This document shows positions 1-14,362 of a DNA stretch of 64,000 nt, in pieces. A model generated the notes under the pieces. It saw only the letters and a list, made by a program, of their open reading frames with translations, searched no databases and was not told the origin of the DNA. The first letter of the stretch is position 1, and each line of letters begins with the position of its first letter. The stretch is taken from positions 70,308,001 to 70,372,000 of the forward strand of contig CM060733.1 in the NCBI GenBank assembly GCA_030704615.1. The letters are read 5' to 3'. This DNA comes from Takakia lepidozioides. Taxonomy: Eukaryota; Plantae; Bryophyta. The position numbers and the translations under genes are program-made.

Positions 1-1544
1 CATGGAATCTTGTTGTGATGCACAGTTGTTAGGTGCTAAGGTGGTGTTAGGCTCCCTCTGGCCTTTTTACTTTTTATGCACAAAGTGTGAAAAGTTCAAA
101 ATGTAATGTGATACAGGAGTGGAGAAAGTGCATGTGTGTTGTTTTTATGCTGCCCTGTATGCTGTGAAGAATGGGGTTGGCATTGAAGGAGACAACTTTG
201 CCTGAATTGAAGATGACCTCTTCTGTCGAATAGAAGTTATCAAGGTGTTATCTTGCAACTGTTGTTTTGTTTTAGCTTGTGTCTTTCTGGAACACTGTTT
301 CAGAGTGTTTGGTTTGTGCCTCTTTTCGTGTACTTAATCTGTAGCTTCTTTGTCCTGTCTCTGGCTCATGCCGTGGTTGCAAAGGTCGTGCATGAGGAGA
401 AGAATGGCAAGCCCCTGCTAGAGAAAATGCAAGTGAGTGGTCCAACACTCGCGACAACATTCTATTGTAGGATCCGGCATACCAGATAGCTCAGATCGTA
501 GCCTCCTTGGTCACGCAGGAGTTCACATAGGCGTCTGGGGAGAGTGACCCGATGCAGTCAATCTAACTGGAAAGATGAAGTTACAGAGGAGACCACTCAC
601 TCAATAACTGGTTTGCAGCCTGGGGTTATAAGAGGTGTGGAACAACCGTCTACGGGTACAGGTTGTGTGATCATCTGAAATCAGGACTGCCACTTAGATG
701 TATATTGCTTGAAAGTGGCTTGTGTCCCAGGAAGATGCATCTTCTTTGAAACACATGGGTTTTGTACAATCATTTATGCTTGTGATCACAAGTAAACATG
801 CATGGCTTATCTTGCAATCTGCGTAAAATTGTGGCTTTCATCATACTGAAGTGGAAGGGGTATCTTTGCATGAATGTGTGGTATTTCTGATCAGAAAAAT
901 TGTCAGTTGTTTTGGGGGCTGGGGGACATGAGTGGCAGTGTGGGTAGCTGTCAATGCTGTAGTGAGAATGGGGGCATTGTAAGTTGGGGGACTGATACTG
1001 CGAAGTGGAGAGATTGTATGAGGCTCAACACCAAATAGAAAAAAGTCCCTATAGTGTGCAGTTTGCACAAGCTATGAATGTCCTGGGGCAGCAAGCCCCA
1101 AGATTGCGCACCTGATTGTGCAGTTTGCAGGCCACATGTTATCCAGCTAGGCAATTACCAGGCGTAATATTGTATTATTAGGGATTTTCTTACGTTTCCA
1201 AAGCCGGAGCTACTGGATGAAAATCTGATGGGTTATTTTCAAATTTATCCATTTCAATGAATGAAAATATTTATGGGTTGCCAACTGTCAAAAAGAAAAG
1301 CCCTTTGTAAGAAAAGTTGAGATTCAACGAGGCCAAGAAGATTTCACAGCTGGATGATGAGCAATATTAGGTCGCGTTACCATATTGCCATATCCACCCA
1401 TAACATAATTAGGGATTTGAAAAATTCATGATAGGTTGCAATCTCTCTATGAAAAAACTGATCATGATTTTTTTTTTTTCCATGATTTTTTTTGGCAATT
1501 ATCAGAGATCAAAGTAATGTAGCAATTCTCATTTTGTTGATGGG

Positions 1545-2120
1545 ATGTTTGTGAACAGCTGGTATTTGTCTACTCTGCAATCATCGTTTGATATTATCTT
1601 TCTACAAGAGCACAAGTTAGATGATTAAAAAATTCTCTCTCTTGGTTCTTCCTTCTAGTTTGCACAAGCCGCTTGGTTTTCTTGGTTAAAACGGACGGTG
1701 TCTGACTCCCGCGGGGGCACCGCCATCCTTGTTTCCCCCATCTCTTACTTCCCCCTCTTACTTCCTTAGACTTGGGTGCAAGGTTGTGTACAATGTATGA
1801 TCAATGTTTCAACCTCTTGTTTCGGCACACTTGTCTTTCTGAATATCTATGCTCCCAATCTTCCCCCAAACGAATTGCTCTAGGGAACCTTATGACTAAT
1901 AAGGTTTTGGATCAGTCTGATATTCAGAACTGGATCCTTGCATGTGACTTTAATATGGTGGATAATTCAACTGATCGTCTGTTTTCTAATGCTCAATGTA
2001 TGTCAACTGATGAGCAGACATCTTGGGATAGGCCTTGCTTCGTTGTTGGGCTCTTCCGTACCTCATTCAATTCTTCTTCTGGCCTAAGGTTCACTTGGTC
2101 TAATTTAAGACAAACATCTA
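1545..2120 (+). pseudogene. Degenerate LINE (L1-like) ORF2 APE endonuclease fragment
   Basis: Across frameshifts it translates to DIIFLQEHKL (from 1589), RGGTAILVSP, LNIYAPN, WILACDFNMV and FTWSN, the ordered EEP/APE motifs of plant LINE endonucleases. It is cut off at 2121 by an LTR fragment. Confidence 0.75.
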
Positions 2121-2290
2121 ATGTTGCGGGCCTTTGCCTTGAGGGCAGGGGGTCGGGACACAAGAGGGGCTCTCCCTGTGGTGGGGGCAGCGGCTGCCGC
2201 GACCCCTCTCTTGAGGGCAGGGGATCGGGACGGAAGAGGGGCTGCCCCTGTGGTGGGGGCAGTGGCAGCAGTAGGAATGGGGGCTGAACG
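2121..2290 (-). mobile_element. Terminal fragment of the chromovirus LTR family, inverted relative to 43440-43541, with an internal ~60-bp duplication
   Basis: tgttgcgggcctttgccttgagggcagggggtcgggacacaagaggggc is the near reverse complement of the LTR end at 43490-43541. Confidence 0.75.
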
Positions 2291-3289
2291 ACCTTTGGGT
2301 GCCCCATGAATTGGATAGACCGTCACCCTCACCCCGCATCAAACCGTAATAGTCTTCGAGAAACTCCATTGCTGTCAATGATTCCCGCTTCACTCCAGAA
2401 GCGTCAGTGAAAACGGTGAGGAAGACAATGATGTCTCCCGATTTCTCTTGTCGGTGGTAGCACACGCATTCCCAAGGTTCAACAGTTATTGAAAGATTAC
2501 TGTGATGGCAAAGAACCAAACAAGGGCGTTAACCCGATCGGGCAGTTGCATTTAGAGCAGTTATGCAGAGTGGTATTCTCAGCGGACAGGGTGGCGGGGG
2601 AATGCTATTTCATGAGTCGAAAACCATAAGCGGCATGAGCGGAGGAATAACACACGACGGAATTCATGAACAGGAATGTTTGACACAAATGCACGCCAAC
2701 GGGAATAGGGTAATTACCCGCGGTAATAGGACCCTAGAAAGGAATTGCGGCAATGCATTTCCACCGGTGCAGTCGGATGAGAATTGCGGTGCATAGTTTC
2801 CATGGCACGGATGGAAACTGAAAACGGCTACATTCATCGAGCCGCCAATCTTCATTCGTGCATGTTCCAGTAAGGGGGGGAATTCAAATATCTACTGGAG
2901 TATAAGTAACGAAGGGCAGCGTTTGCAAACTCATTCTCATCTCCATTGACAACCAGCATGTAGCCCAGTGGTAAGGGCACATACCCTCTCACGAGTGGTT
3001 GTGGGTTCAATCCACCTGTTGGAAGTCATTATGGTGTCCACCTTCCCACTGGAAGGCAGTAGCCCTATGGGGTCAAGTGACACCATAAGTTACGCTTGCT
3101 TCGGCAACGCAACCATTTTTTTTTTTTTTCCTCATCTTCATATACAATCTCTTGACTCAGTACTCTTCCTGCAGCGTCCTCCGCTACTCTTTTGCAAGGA
3201 TGTCGTGCCGCCGTAGTCCTGAGGACTGCTCTTATCGAGGCCACGATTATGCAATGTTCACACCGAACAATCTCATGAATTCAGATAGA

Positions 3290-3522
3290 TTGAAGCCCTT
3301 GCGTCCTCCATAGCCTACTTCACGGGCCCCATGGTCTTTCTAAAGAGGTCATTGTACAGCTCCTCAAAGCGGGCACGAGTTAGAGGCATCGGAAAGTCAA
3401 TGCTTTCAAATAAAGTCTCAATCTCCACACGGACTTGATGCTGGTTGCATCAAGCTCTCTTTGCCCGCTCAGCCTCCTTGATGAAATATTTCATGATCCG
3501 CTGGTGAAAGTCCTCTCCTGTA
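3290..3522 (-). pseudogene. BiP (ER HSP70) gene fragment
   Basis: The minus strand reads GEDFHQRIMKYFIK ... [48 protein letters not shown], matching the BiP ATPase domain. It has an internal deletion and a stop. Confidence 0.8.
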
Positions 3523-5034
3523 CCCATCCACACACTATGATCAGAAACTATGCCTTCCAAAGAAACCTCCACAGACAGAACTCTGAACTCGATTGTCAAT
3601 CGAATGCAAATGTCGATGCAAAATCGACACAGGTTTCAACTTTAATAGATCTGGTGATAAAACAACTTCGAAACAGCCTCAATCAAATCGATTGGCATGG
3701 CCAAACGCTCTAGCAGTTCAACTATACATGTATGAATGTACTTGAAACAGAAAATGAATGGGGCCCTCAGAAGGATGTATTGTAAGGGTGATGAAAGACA
3801 CCACATCCTTGGTCACTCAGATTTCATGGAAACGATTTGGAGGACATGGAGCACTGCGATTTTCATGGTCACGACAGTTCAAAGCACATAATGGCTTAGT
3901 GGAAACGATTTCGAGTGAAGTGTTGCGTCAGGCATACTCGCGAGGGAACAAAAGAGAAGAACCAAAAGAGTATGAGCCTAAAGGATAAAGAATAAAGTTT
4001 ATTTAACGTCCACTGAACGTTTACTGGCGTCACCACGTTGATGAGGTGATAGTTACATATTGGTTCTTTTTCAGCAGGTACATGAAGCAGTGACGTAATC
4101 ATGCACGTAATCATCCATGTAATCATGCAATGGGGATATTTCATTCATGGTAGTCGCAGAAGGAGTGCTTCAAACGACGGGCCATTTTCGCCCCACTATC
4201 ATATTATGCTGAACAAGTCTTTAGTCACAAAATTGTAATTTTCTAGTCGCAACCGTAGTGGTATAAACAACTCTGCGGAATTTCAAAATATTATTTTTTA
4301 TTTTTCGATTTAACGGCCAGAAAAACGTTGCCGAACCCGAAGTCGTGCACGACACTTCCTTCAATGCCACGCTGGCAGAAGATTGACCCCAGTCGCAGAA
4401 TGAGTGTTTTTGGACACCAGTCGCATAGACTCCGGTTGGAACGGACACCATTCATATTGGTGGTGTGCTTAGAATATGTGGTGGACAGCGATGTATGTCA
4501 ACTGTGGCACGATGTTTAGGTGCACGACAACTGTCATGGTGTTAGTCATGGTTAACTAGAATTACCTACTTCTAGCTAATTAAGACATTTTGGATATTTA
4601 TATTTGTATTTTGTGCATTGGGACTTCATTTGATTCCATGTGTCAAGTGAGGTAACGCACCTCACTTGGGACGTGGATAGGCTTATCTCCACGTGAGGCT
4701 CAGGAAGACTCATCTTCTTGTAGTTGAGCCTCCATGAGTCTCTCTCACCTCCATAGCTCTAGGTATTGAGAGGGAGTGTGTTGAGGGCTTTGTAGGGTGG
4801 ATTCCTTTAGCAAAGGTGCCCTTGGCTTAACTTAGTGATAGAGTGGATTTTAACTTGGAAGGACTAGGGTTTGCTCTTAGTTTGATTTCCTTCATGCTTG
4901 GAGTGTTTTCATTGTCTTCCACTTCTCTCATTTCTCATTTCTTATCATTGTGACATAGCTTTTTAAGATTGTGTGCTTAGAATGTATGGTGGACAACGAT
5001 GTATGTTGTGGCATGTTGCTTAGGTGCATGACAC

Positions 5035-5370
5035 GGGCTTGCACCATTTTCGGGGTTATTACTCCCTATGTATACTTCTATGACTGTTGGCGTGGGTCTC
5101 ACAAATAGCCCATGTCCTTTTTGGTGAACCACCACCGTGAATCTCAACTCCTATGATAAATCACGGTGGTTCTTGGTCCACCCACCACGGTTCCAATGGA
5201 CCATATTGAGCTCCGAGACTCCCCACGACTCCCACTATAAGGCCTCTGCCCCGCGGTGAGTCTTAGGCCACCCCCACTATGACTCCATATGCTACGACCA
5301 TCCCGCTCGGAGCCCCCACTGCAACCTGGTTTGCAACGTTGCAACTAGTGAGCGCCTCCACCCTCTTGTT
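5035..5370 (+). mobile_element. Diverged fragment of the same chromovirus LTR family
   Basis: Collinear similarity to 43078-43410 (gggcttgcacc...actccctat...gactccccacgactccca...ctagtgagcgcctcc). Confidence 0.7.
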
Positions 5371-6052
5371 CGAATGCGTCTATATTGCGTTGGGGTAGAG
5401 GCGATAGGAGACGTGGTTGGGAATCATCTTACTTCCGTTCATCCAGGCCGAATAAGCCGGTGAGGTGGAATCCCACCCTCACAGCCCCGATATTTTAGGG
5501 GAAAAAATAAAGCCCCGATATTTTAGGGGAAAAAATAAAGCCATATGGGGCCATATAGCATGCACACCGGACGAACCCATAGTACTTTTAACGATAGATG
5601 TTAATTGGGAATTAGTAACAATAATGAGATGCTAAGCTCCCTGGGTTAAGGAAGGAGGCAGGGAGGGTGGGCGGAGGGGGCACGAGCATATTGTTTGCTG
5701 CCTGGCTATGGCATCCGGCCTGTTGTAGGTGAGTTGGGTTCCTTCTCTCAGACCTAACGTCTGGCCTGCCTGCGGCGAGCCCAGGCGTCAGGTGATGAAA
5801 TCTTCAAGCGTTTCAGCGGGATCCAAGTGTGAGCGAGGGGCAAGTTCCCTCTCAGTTGTGGGCAGGGAGAATGGTAGAGAATGTTGACGTACGCAGGTGA
5901 CCTCAATGTTGCAGCTGAGGGATCAAAACGAGGCAGAAGGAAGAAGCAGATACTGGGGTAGTGGGAGGTTTGATGGTGATCTGAGTGTCGAAGTGAAGGA
6001 CAAGGTAGTGTAGCTTTCCGAAAGGAAGGATTGGTTGGCTTAGTTAGGTCAT

Positions 6053-9000
6053 ATGAAAATTGCACAGCAAACGATGGGCTCGTGTAGTGCGTCTGGAGTG
6101 AAATTGATAGCTATAGTGATGGCAGTCGGAGTTTCAGTCTACATACTTGGGCCCCCTCTCTACTGGCATTTTGTGGACGGGAGAGAAGCCGCAATCGACA
6201 TTAGGCCATCTTGCCCTGCCTGCATCTGTGACTGCGCATCTGATCTGGCTGCCATCTCGACTCCTATCTCAGGTCAGTCTGCGTTGTTTCCTCATCCTCT
6301 TCTATGCGTGGCTTTGTGGCCAATGTGGGTCTGTAAATGTTGGTGACAGACAACTCATCATTGTGATGTACTCCCGTAGCATAGGTGTCCACACGCTTGT
6401 CATTATATTTCCCTGTCGTTGCGATCTCACATGTGTGGTGACGTCAGCTAGAAAAAACGCTGATTTTCGCAAGTGGGTTGTAAGATGGGGCTGCCAGTTT
6501 CTTATTCAGATTGTTGGGTACAATATCCGTGGATCTATGGCTACAAGGCTCCAAAATATTCCATCTCATCCGAGTCCTCACACTTCCCAGCTAGATAAGA
6601 TCGAAAGAGATCTGCACCTAAACAGTGCAGCATTTTATAAGAAGTTGTGCAATGCTTGCCCTCAGATTCTATTGGTCCAGCCAGTATGCTTTAAAATAGT
6701 TTCCATTGGCTGACCTTGAATATTTTATATTGTGGGTGTGCCGATCTCATGGTTTGCAAAGGCTTGGGCAACATTTCACTGGCAGGTGCGTCCCTTGGAT
6801 ACCCTGTTACTATAATTGTGCTATTTCTTATTGGGCTTTTTGTTTAACCTAAACCGATGACCCACCCCCCCCCCCCACACCCCACACCCCCCACCTTTCC
6901 AAATATCCCTGGCGTTTTCTGCTCAAGCAACAACATGTCTAATTCTGTCCCTAGAAGTATTGGCATGTAAGATCTACGGTATACAATTAGATGGGCGTGC
7001 TGAAACCAGTACATATTATGCGAAGGCATTTGATGATGGTGTACCTAACTGTACAGTCCTCCAAGTTGTTGCTTGTGTTGTTGTCACTTAATCGATCATT
7101 TTGACACCATAACGTATTCCCTGAGTGACTGGTTGCCCTTGTGGCGAATTTCTACAATGACTCACCCTCAAAAATTGTGGGATGATCAGATGATGCCCAA
7201 AGCCTTTTGAGTTGTGTCCACTTTTTCAATGCATGCTAAAGGTGATTGACTGTGGTCTCTGGCGCCACAGCTCTAGCAGTTACTGGGTTCCAGTAGTGAT
7301 TTTGGGGTAGATGATCATACCACTCTCACCGTACATAAGAGTCCATGCTTTTAGAGTTGGAAGTTTGCCTTCTTGGCAGTCAAGCTGAAAAGTATCTGCA
7401 GTGACTGTTGGGACTATGGGCAAATGACTGCTGCCACTGCCACCACTGCTGCTGCTTCTCTCTCTCCTCTTGTGGTCTGGCCCTTGGAATCATGTTGAAA
7501 GAAGGACTAGGATCTTTGGGCTGCAGATTGTCTAAAAGATGATCCGGACATGCGCGAGGAGCTGGACAAGACTCAGATACAGCTGCTCACTGAGGAGATA
7601 AAATTGCAGCAAATCGTGAGTGAGGAGAACCAGCAGCGTGCAGAACTTGCATTCCTTGATGCCAAGAAGATTGCCTCCCAGTATCAGAAGGAGGCGGAGA
7701 AATGCAACACGGTGGCTAGCTCCTCCCTCCTGTTTTGGTACTTGGAAGCATGCTGGCTGTTGGACTGTTATCATATTCTGCAGAACCCTTGGCTTCATCA
7801 CCCTCGCTTGGCATTATCCTCCTTTGCAAAGGCATTTGTGGGTCCTTAGGGCAAAATGCATGAGTTTCTAAACTAATGTGCAGCAGCATTTTGGGGGGAA
7901 GGGGAGAGAGACAGAGAGAATGTACTTATGACACTTTGTTTGCAGTAGCCTTGTGGCCATAGACCCCGTGCCCAGTGTGGGCAGAACAAGAACAGACACT
8001 ACCTCTGTGAGGGGCTCGCTCCAGTAGTGGGACTTGCCTTGGTGTATAAAATTGGTTCGGGCTTTCCAGATTTCCTCTAGAAACCCTTCACACAAGCATC
8101 AATCTGCAGTGTGTGAGCTGTCCAACAATTAGACTTCAACAGGGCCAGGGCTTTAGGCGCAGCCTCGAGATTTTGAAAGTTGGTGAACAGAGGTGCAAGG
8201 ACTATTTGGGCACTGGCAATCTCCCTTTCCACTCTGTACTGTTTATTGTTCTAAGGTAGACTCTGTGCCGCGAGTTTAAATTAGTCTAGTGCCGTGGGTG
8301 CCTTCAGATCATCGTTGACGTCCTCACCCATGTCACAAACTGGAAACAAGTTCAGGAAAATATCAGGCCTGATGAGAGAGGTACTCATTGAGATTTCCCT
8401 CAAAATGTTAGCCATGACACAAATCGGAGACGATGTGTACTAAAGCCCAAATTGCTTGTCTTGGTGGAATAGGAGGCTCAAATATGGAACACCCAGGCGC
8501 TGCCGGGGGGTTCCATTTTGATTGATCATATTCTCCTCAAGCTGAGGAGGGAGAGCAGAGTAGCTTCCTGTGTTTATGGACAGAGACTTCTCATGAGGAG
8601 GAGAGAAATTTCCTGAAAGTGAATACTGAACTTCACGTCCTGATTTCTGAATTGCAATCTCTCATCTGTTAGTACTAGCAGGCACTGGTGCCAAAGTTAC
8701 GTTGCATGATTGGAGTAACTTTCTCTCATACACTCTTTCATACATACCTTTGTGCTTATAGGGCATGGAAACAAGTGAGGAGGCACGCGAGAAGGCTGAG
8801 GCTGCTTTGATAGCAGAGAGAAAACGGACGGCTCTATGGGAGCGGCGGGCGCGGTCCATGGGTTGGAAGGACAAGGATGAGGGCAGCAAAGAAGAGGTGG
8901 TCAGCACCACTAATATTGATGGCAAAGAAGAGTCTATGATAGACAGGGTCAGTGTGCAAGATGTTGATGGAGGGGACATGCTGACAAGGCTACGGACCAG

Positions 9001-9076
9001 GGATCTAAGGGGCTCTAGGTCTGACGAGGCTGCCAGCATGAGGCGGATGAGGCACATGAAACAGAAAAAATCATAA
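6053..9076 (+). CDS. DUF1068 family plant membrane protein; exons 6053(or 6074)-6272, 6762-6785, 7527-7711, 8762-9076
   Basis: N-terminal TM segment followed by YILGPPLYW, CPACICDC, LLTEEIKLQ, DAKKIASQYQKEAEKCNTGMETSEEAREKAEAALIAERKRTALWERRAR. All introns are GT-AG and in phase, including a 24-nt micro-exon (GLGNISLA). Confidence 0.9.
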
Positions 9077-10663
9077 TTTAATTTTCACCATAGGTTGTAT
9101 TCTTTTCAGTGACCGAAGTTGTAGGTTGGCTATTGTGCCATTTGTATGCTTCGTGAGTTGTGACTGCCATGGCAGGTTGCTTATTGGTCCTCTGTATAAC
9201 GTGGGTTCGGTCTGAAGATGCAGAGCTTCATCTTGAAAAGATAGAAGCTTGCATTTCTGCTTTTAATGGTATTAGCAGTCAATAGCCTGTTGTATTGATC
9301 TATTTTGGAGGGACCAATCTTCTCATCATAGTCTGCAGTTGGATGCTTGACTCCATCTCACCCCTCTTCCGCCCTTAAGGGGTGTCTATGTGTCAGGTTC
9401 CTATTTCATTCACTTCCATCCAGGGGCTTTGGATGTGGTACTGTTGTTTTTTTTGAGATTTTGGTATGGATTCTGAGAGCAACAACAATCCATAACTTTA
9501 CAGAAATTGTGTGGCAAGCTTGACGCATCCTTCATAAGACCTAAATCATCTGCCAGATGTTGGCAACAGAAGAGACCTGTGTTTCTATGCCAGTAGCTCA
9601 CTTCAGTGTGGTAGAAGCATCCAGACTCCCAAACTGTTAGAATTAGATTTGCCAAGGTGCAATCTGTCTACTGCCAGAATATCACTTCACTCTCACACTG
9701 TTTGCCATCATATGGCTGCAACAAACTTGAGCCTGCACCCATTGACTCCCCACAGTTTCTAGTCAGGGCAGCCCTCAACTTCACACTGGAATTTTTCCTT
9801 TTGCTTACGATACACATTATTGTATTTGCTATTGTCCAGGCTCTGCATCGCACCCTCTGTAAGACGATCAAACTTGATTTGCTTGCTGGGTTTCCCACCC
9901 TCATTATCGTAGATGACGACCGTCCTCTTCAACCTTCTCAACTCTTGCGAAACCGTTTCTTTAGGCAGAAGGGCATCTGAGTCGGTGAATAGTCCATATC
10001 TCCTCCTCTGTCAGATCTGCATCTTCGTCTTCCACCTGCAGCTTAAGCTCTCCAGCCAAACGCTTTACTGCACTCTTCACCCATCCATCTTTGAGATCAT
10101 TAGATCATTTTTTGTATTCCACCTAGTTCCTTCTGCATCAAAATAGCGCTCCTCTATCTCTTGCTCTTGAAAGGCTCTACACGGTTGCCATCTTCGATTC
10201 GAAAATCACCCCCCTCCTCTTCTGCTGCAGTAACATCATTGATGACTGATAAATCTTATATCAAGTTGTTCTAATAAGCCAGCACAGCACGTCTTATTGC
10301 CCGCTCCCCTGCAGCAACCCCAAGCCCTAAACCCCGTCCTCCTCACCAACAGCAGCCAACATGTGTGCTGGTTCCTTGGCGGGGTCGAGGTTTTCTCGAA
10401 AAAACCTCAAACAAAAGGATCACGGTGGATTGTTGTCATTGAGTACCAGGCCAATTCTATGATTCCAGGACAAGGAAACCAGAACAAGCCTGAACCCAGA
10501 CCCTTGCCTATCTTCGTAACGAATGAAACAAACAATCCACCAACTTTCCATGAATGATCATTGAGGCCTACGAAAAGGGTTTAGAGTTTAGAGATCGGGG
10601 GATTTGTGTCTTTGTGGATCGTCTCTAGACGCCTGAGGCTGTGAGGTGATCTTTCAAGGGAGC

Positions 10664-13600
10664 ATGGCAGCGATGGAAAAGAATGAGGAGGATGCAGACG
10701 AACGCGATTCAGCCAACGAGGAGCGTCCTGCGGGCAGTGAATCCTACAAGAAGCGCAAGCTCGTGTTCCCCTTCGGCAATTACTGCCGCTACTATGGCTA
10801 TCGGGTCTGTTTTTCTGTCGATTTCTCTCGCAAGTCTCATGGGGTTTGTTTCCCTGCATGCGTTTCCTTTCAGGATGTGCATTTAGCCAAAACGTAAATG
10901 CTTGGTTGGTGGATGGCAGCTTGGGAGAACATTGCAAGAAGATCCACGGTTGAGTCTGTTACAGAAGAAATGGTTCGAAAACAAGAGTGTGCTGGATGTC
11001 GGGTGCAACGAAGGCCATGTAACCATTTCCCTAGGTACTTTGTGCTTTCAGAGAGAGCACATGTGAGTGATTTCGCTTTTTTCGTGTGTTTGTTCTTAGA
11101 CTTTCTGTGGAGCTTGATAGTTACGTGGAGTAGGCTTGAATTGTATATGGGTAAGTGATTTGGAGTTCTGGGGAAAGTACGAATAACGCAGGACAGACCG
11201 TGGGACTTCCTTGTCAAAGCGTGCATGCCAAGAGTCACTAAGCATTGAGGCGGCTATTCATCAGTAACTCTGGCATGTGGTTGCCTGCATGTCTTCTTGG
11301 GGATCTTCGAACGTTGTTAATAGCATGATCATCGGGGGGCTACATGGATTGATGATACATCATGTCGTTGTCATGTGCTGTGTCAGCCAAGAAGTACAGA
11401 GTCCGAAGCATGTTGGGTGTGGACATCGATCCAGGTGTGTTCTGCTTTGTCAGTCAACCTCCATTTGCCTAATTTTTGCAACGATGAAGTGAGGTGTGTC
11501 CTTTTGCGTCCAATACTCAAATCAATATAGTGGAGTGTGGCTGTAGTTCTCTTACTGCTGTAAGGGATTTGTACATAATGTCTGGAAAGACTGACTGGGT
11601 GAGGAGGGAAGTTGTGTCAGTTGGGGAAAAGATCAGAACTTGCTTGAAAATGTAGACTTTCTTACGAGGATTTGCCAATTTATGTCTCATTGTGCACTGC
11701 CTCTCACAACAGACCTAATAGAAACAGCCTGTTATCAAGTTCAAGATGAATCAGGGATTTCCCCTCGCATTATGGTGTCAACAAAGGATGTGTGGAGCAA
11801 ATATGTACTTGAGGATGGAGAGCCAGATGAGGATGAGGAAGGTGTGGCTAGGCCAGTGGTGGCGGTGGATGAAGAAACGAGCAACAGTGATTCTCACTGC
11901 GGCCTAAGTGGTAAAGAACTGCTGGAAAGAGTACAGTTTATAAATGCCAACTTTATTGAATGCAGATGGCACAGTCAAAGATTCGATACTGTGCTCTGGT
12001 ACGTATGACTGTACTTACTAGACTTGTGCATCTTGCTTCTATTGTGGTTCCAGTGTCAATCTTGCTTTGGGGCCAGAGGAGAATTGAACATTTAGAAAGA
12101 TGGAAGGACAGAGGGACAGAGAGTGTGCCTGCACAAGCTCATTTTTAGTGATTGTCATCGCAGGTGTATCGGGCAGATTTTGTGTTTTCCAATCATAGTC
12201 TCTGCCAAACACAATTTTCTTTGTTGTAATCAGTATGGCTATGTAGATGCAAGCATCTGTGCTACCTATGTTGCCTCTCTGTCTTGATACTCCCTATCTT
12301 TTCCATCGCTTCTTTTTACTCACTAACTCTTTCTCTGGATGCGAGCCGATGGCACAAAAGCATTACTCTGGATCCTTGAACTGACCTTTAATATTGGTTA
12401 TACCTGCAGTTTGAGTGTGGCCAAGTGGATTCACCTGAATTGGGGCGACAAAGGGCTCATTCGTCTCTTTGCTGAGATTTACCGTGTTCTTCGTCCTGTA
12501 TGTTACTTCCTTCTATCCGCGATCTCGATTTTGTATGCTAGCATGGTACCCCAGGTTCTTGAAGAGAGAGATATTGCTCCCCTGAGACCAATGGCAGGCT
12601 TGCTATGTCAGATAGTTTTTTGGTAGAAGACGTTGTAGCAGTCAATAGAACTGAATAAGGCTCCCTGTCATCCAATTTGGTGCAGAAAAATGTCCCTCCT
12701 TGCCGATATTCTTTTGGGTATTGGCTTCTTGAGGACTTCACCTCATCTGATCTCATATAGGGTGGTCTTCAATGTTCTTACTGCACGTCTGTGTATTTGC
12801 TTCAACTAGCTATTGCTTGACTTTACATACACAGACCCAACATGTCCAGATCATCTAATGAGGGCGTTAGTTGTGGCTCGTTTTACGTTAGCCGTTTCAG
12901 ATCAATTTAGGCTGTACGTGTGTGGGTTCCTGTCACTCTCAACTAGGTGTCAGCTAGTCAGACTGTTGGCACAGAAGTGTAGACTTTCGCTGGAACTGTG
13001 GAGAACTCTATTTGATCAGTAAGGGACAAGAGAAATGTAAATGGGCATGAATGTGTGTTGATCCTCAGGGTGGAGTGCTGGTATTGGAGCCCCAACCATG
13101 GACATCATACAAGAAAAAGTACAGAGTCTCAGAGGTACTGTATATGGCTCAGCCATCAACTCTTTTAGGAATGGCTGATGGCTTTATTCAATGCTTGATT
13201 TGTCTCTAATGTCTGCCGACATAACTTGTTGTGTCCAGGATATTTGGGGCAACCATTTATGGTTGGAACAATGGTTTATCTTTGGGATGTTGCAGGTAGC
13301 ACGGAAAAATTTCAAGAAGATCCTAATTCGGCCTGAGCACTTTTCAGCCGTTCTTCTTGACAAGGTGATCACTTCTATCATTTGAGCATGTTAATTTACA
13401 GAGAGAGAGACAGAGGACAGAGGGGGGATTGATGTGGGGCCGAATGGAATCTCCTGCTGTATGCGTGACTGGAGTTACTTGCTCAAGGTTCTGTTTCCAA
13501 CAAGTAAGGAATTTGAAAGATTTGCACATGTAGGTGAGTCTGACAAAAGTGCTTACCAATTCTTCCTTTGTACCCTCCTATGCAATATATGCTTCATTTT

Positions 13601-13699
13601 TATCTGCAGATTGGATTCAAGTCCTGTGGACAGATTACCTCTGAAGTAGCGAACAGCAGCGCTGGATTCAGCCGTCCTCTTTTCTTGTACACAAAATGA
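10664..13699 (+). CDS. Bin3/MEPCE-like RNA methyltransferase; exons 10664-10804, 10920-11034, 11387-11434, 11713-11998, 12410-12497, 13069-13134, 13296-13364, 13610-13699
   Basis: Spliced translation gives FPFGNYCRYYGYR, DPRL..WFENKSVLDVGCNEG, LGVDID, CLSVAKWIHLNWGDKGL, GGVLVLEPQPW and GFSRPLFLYTK*. Phases are consistent and introns are GT-AG. Confidence 0.9.
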
Positions 13700-14362
13700 C
13701 GAGCATTATATTACTTCAAGGTTCATCTCATGGTGAATGCTCCCTGAAAGATGCTGATTTTATCTCAAGAGGGTAAGATTTCAGACAGACCTTTCTATGA
13801 AAATCGGTTTAAGCACAGGTAGACTTCACCTGGCTGAGTGTTTAGAGGTTCAATGTATATTCTTGGTTTTTGAGAAAACTAGCTAATCATCATAGTGTGG
13901 ATATCAGGAGCTTTTGAGGAGGGCAGCTGTGGTGATGAAGAGCATGCACAATGGGAAGTCTGCCTACTGCCTCCATGATGAGTAGCAGTCCTGATTTTGC
14001 CATGAGAAAATTATCCAAGGGAATACAGTGCCATCTTCTACAAGGGCTTTCAATGTCTTTTCCATGCCCCAGAAGTTTCTGCCCATGTGTTTTCCCAGAT
14101 TTTCAAGTCGCCTCCTCAAATCCGAGAAAACACTTGGGCAGGAGCTTACCTCTTACTGTCAACACCACACATCATACATTATTGCAATCAATTATGTGGA
14201 TGGGACACCCATCTGACAATGATGAACTACTATGAGGGCTGTTGAAAGTAGTTCAAATTTGTGCTCAGGGGAGCACAATAAGTTTCTCCATATCTTCCGA
14301 TTTTGGATTTTTTTTGTTTTTGTTTCCTGGTTTGTTTCTCCAATATATATTATTATATTTTA

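Noticed and set aside
4532-4955. Solo LTR (TGTCA...TGACA) flanked by a ~65-bp direct repeat
   Set aside because: No TSD and no second copy in the window, so support is too weak.
10664-13699. Functional link between the Bin3 methyltransferase and the TE-borne MTase
   Set aside because: It is an ordinary conserved host RNA MTase of a different family, and proximity is the only link.
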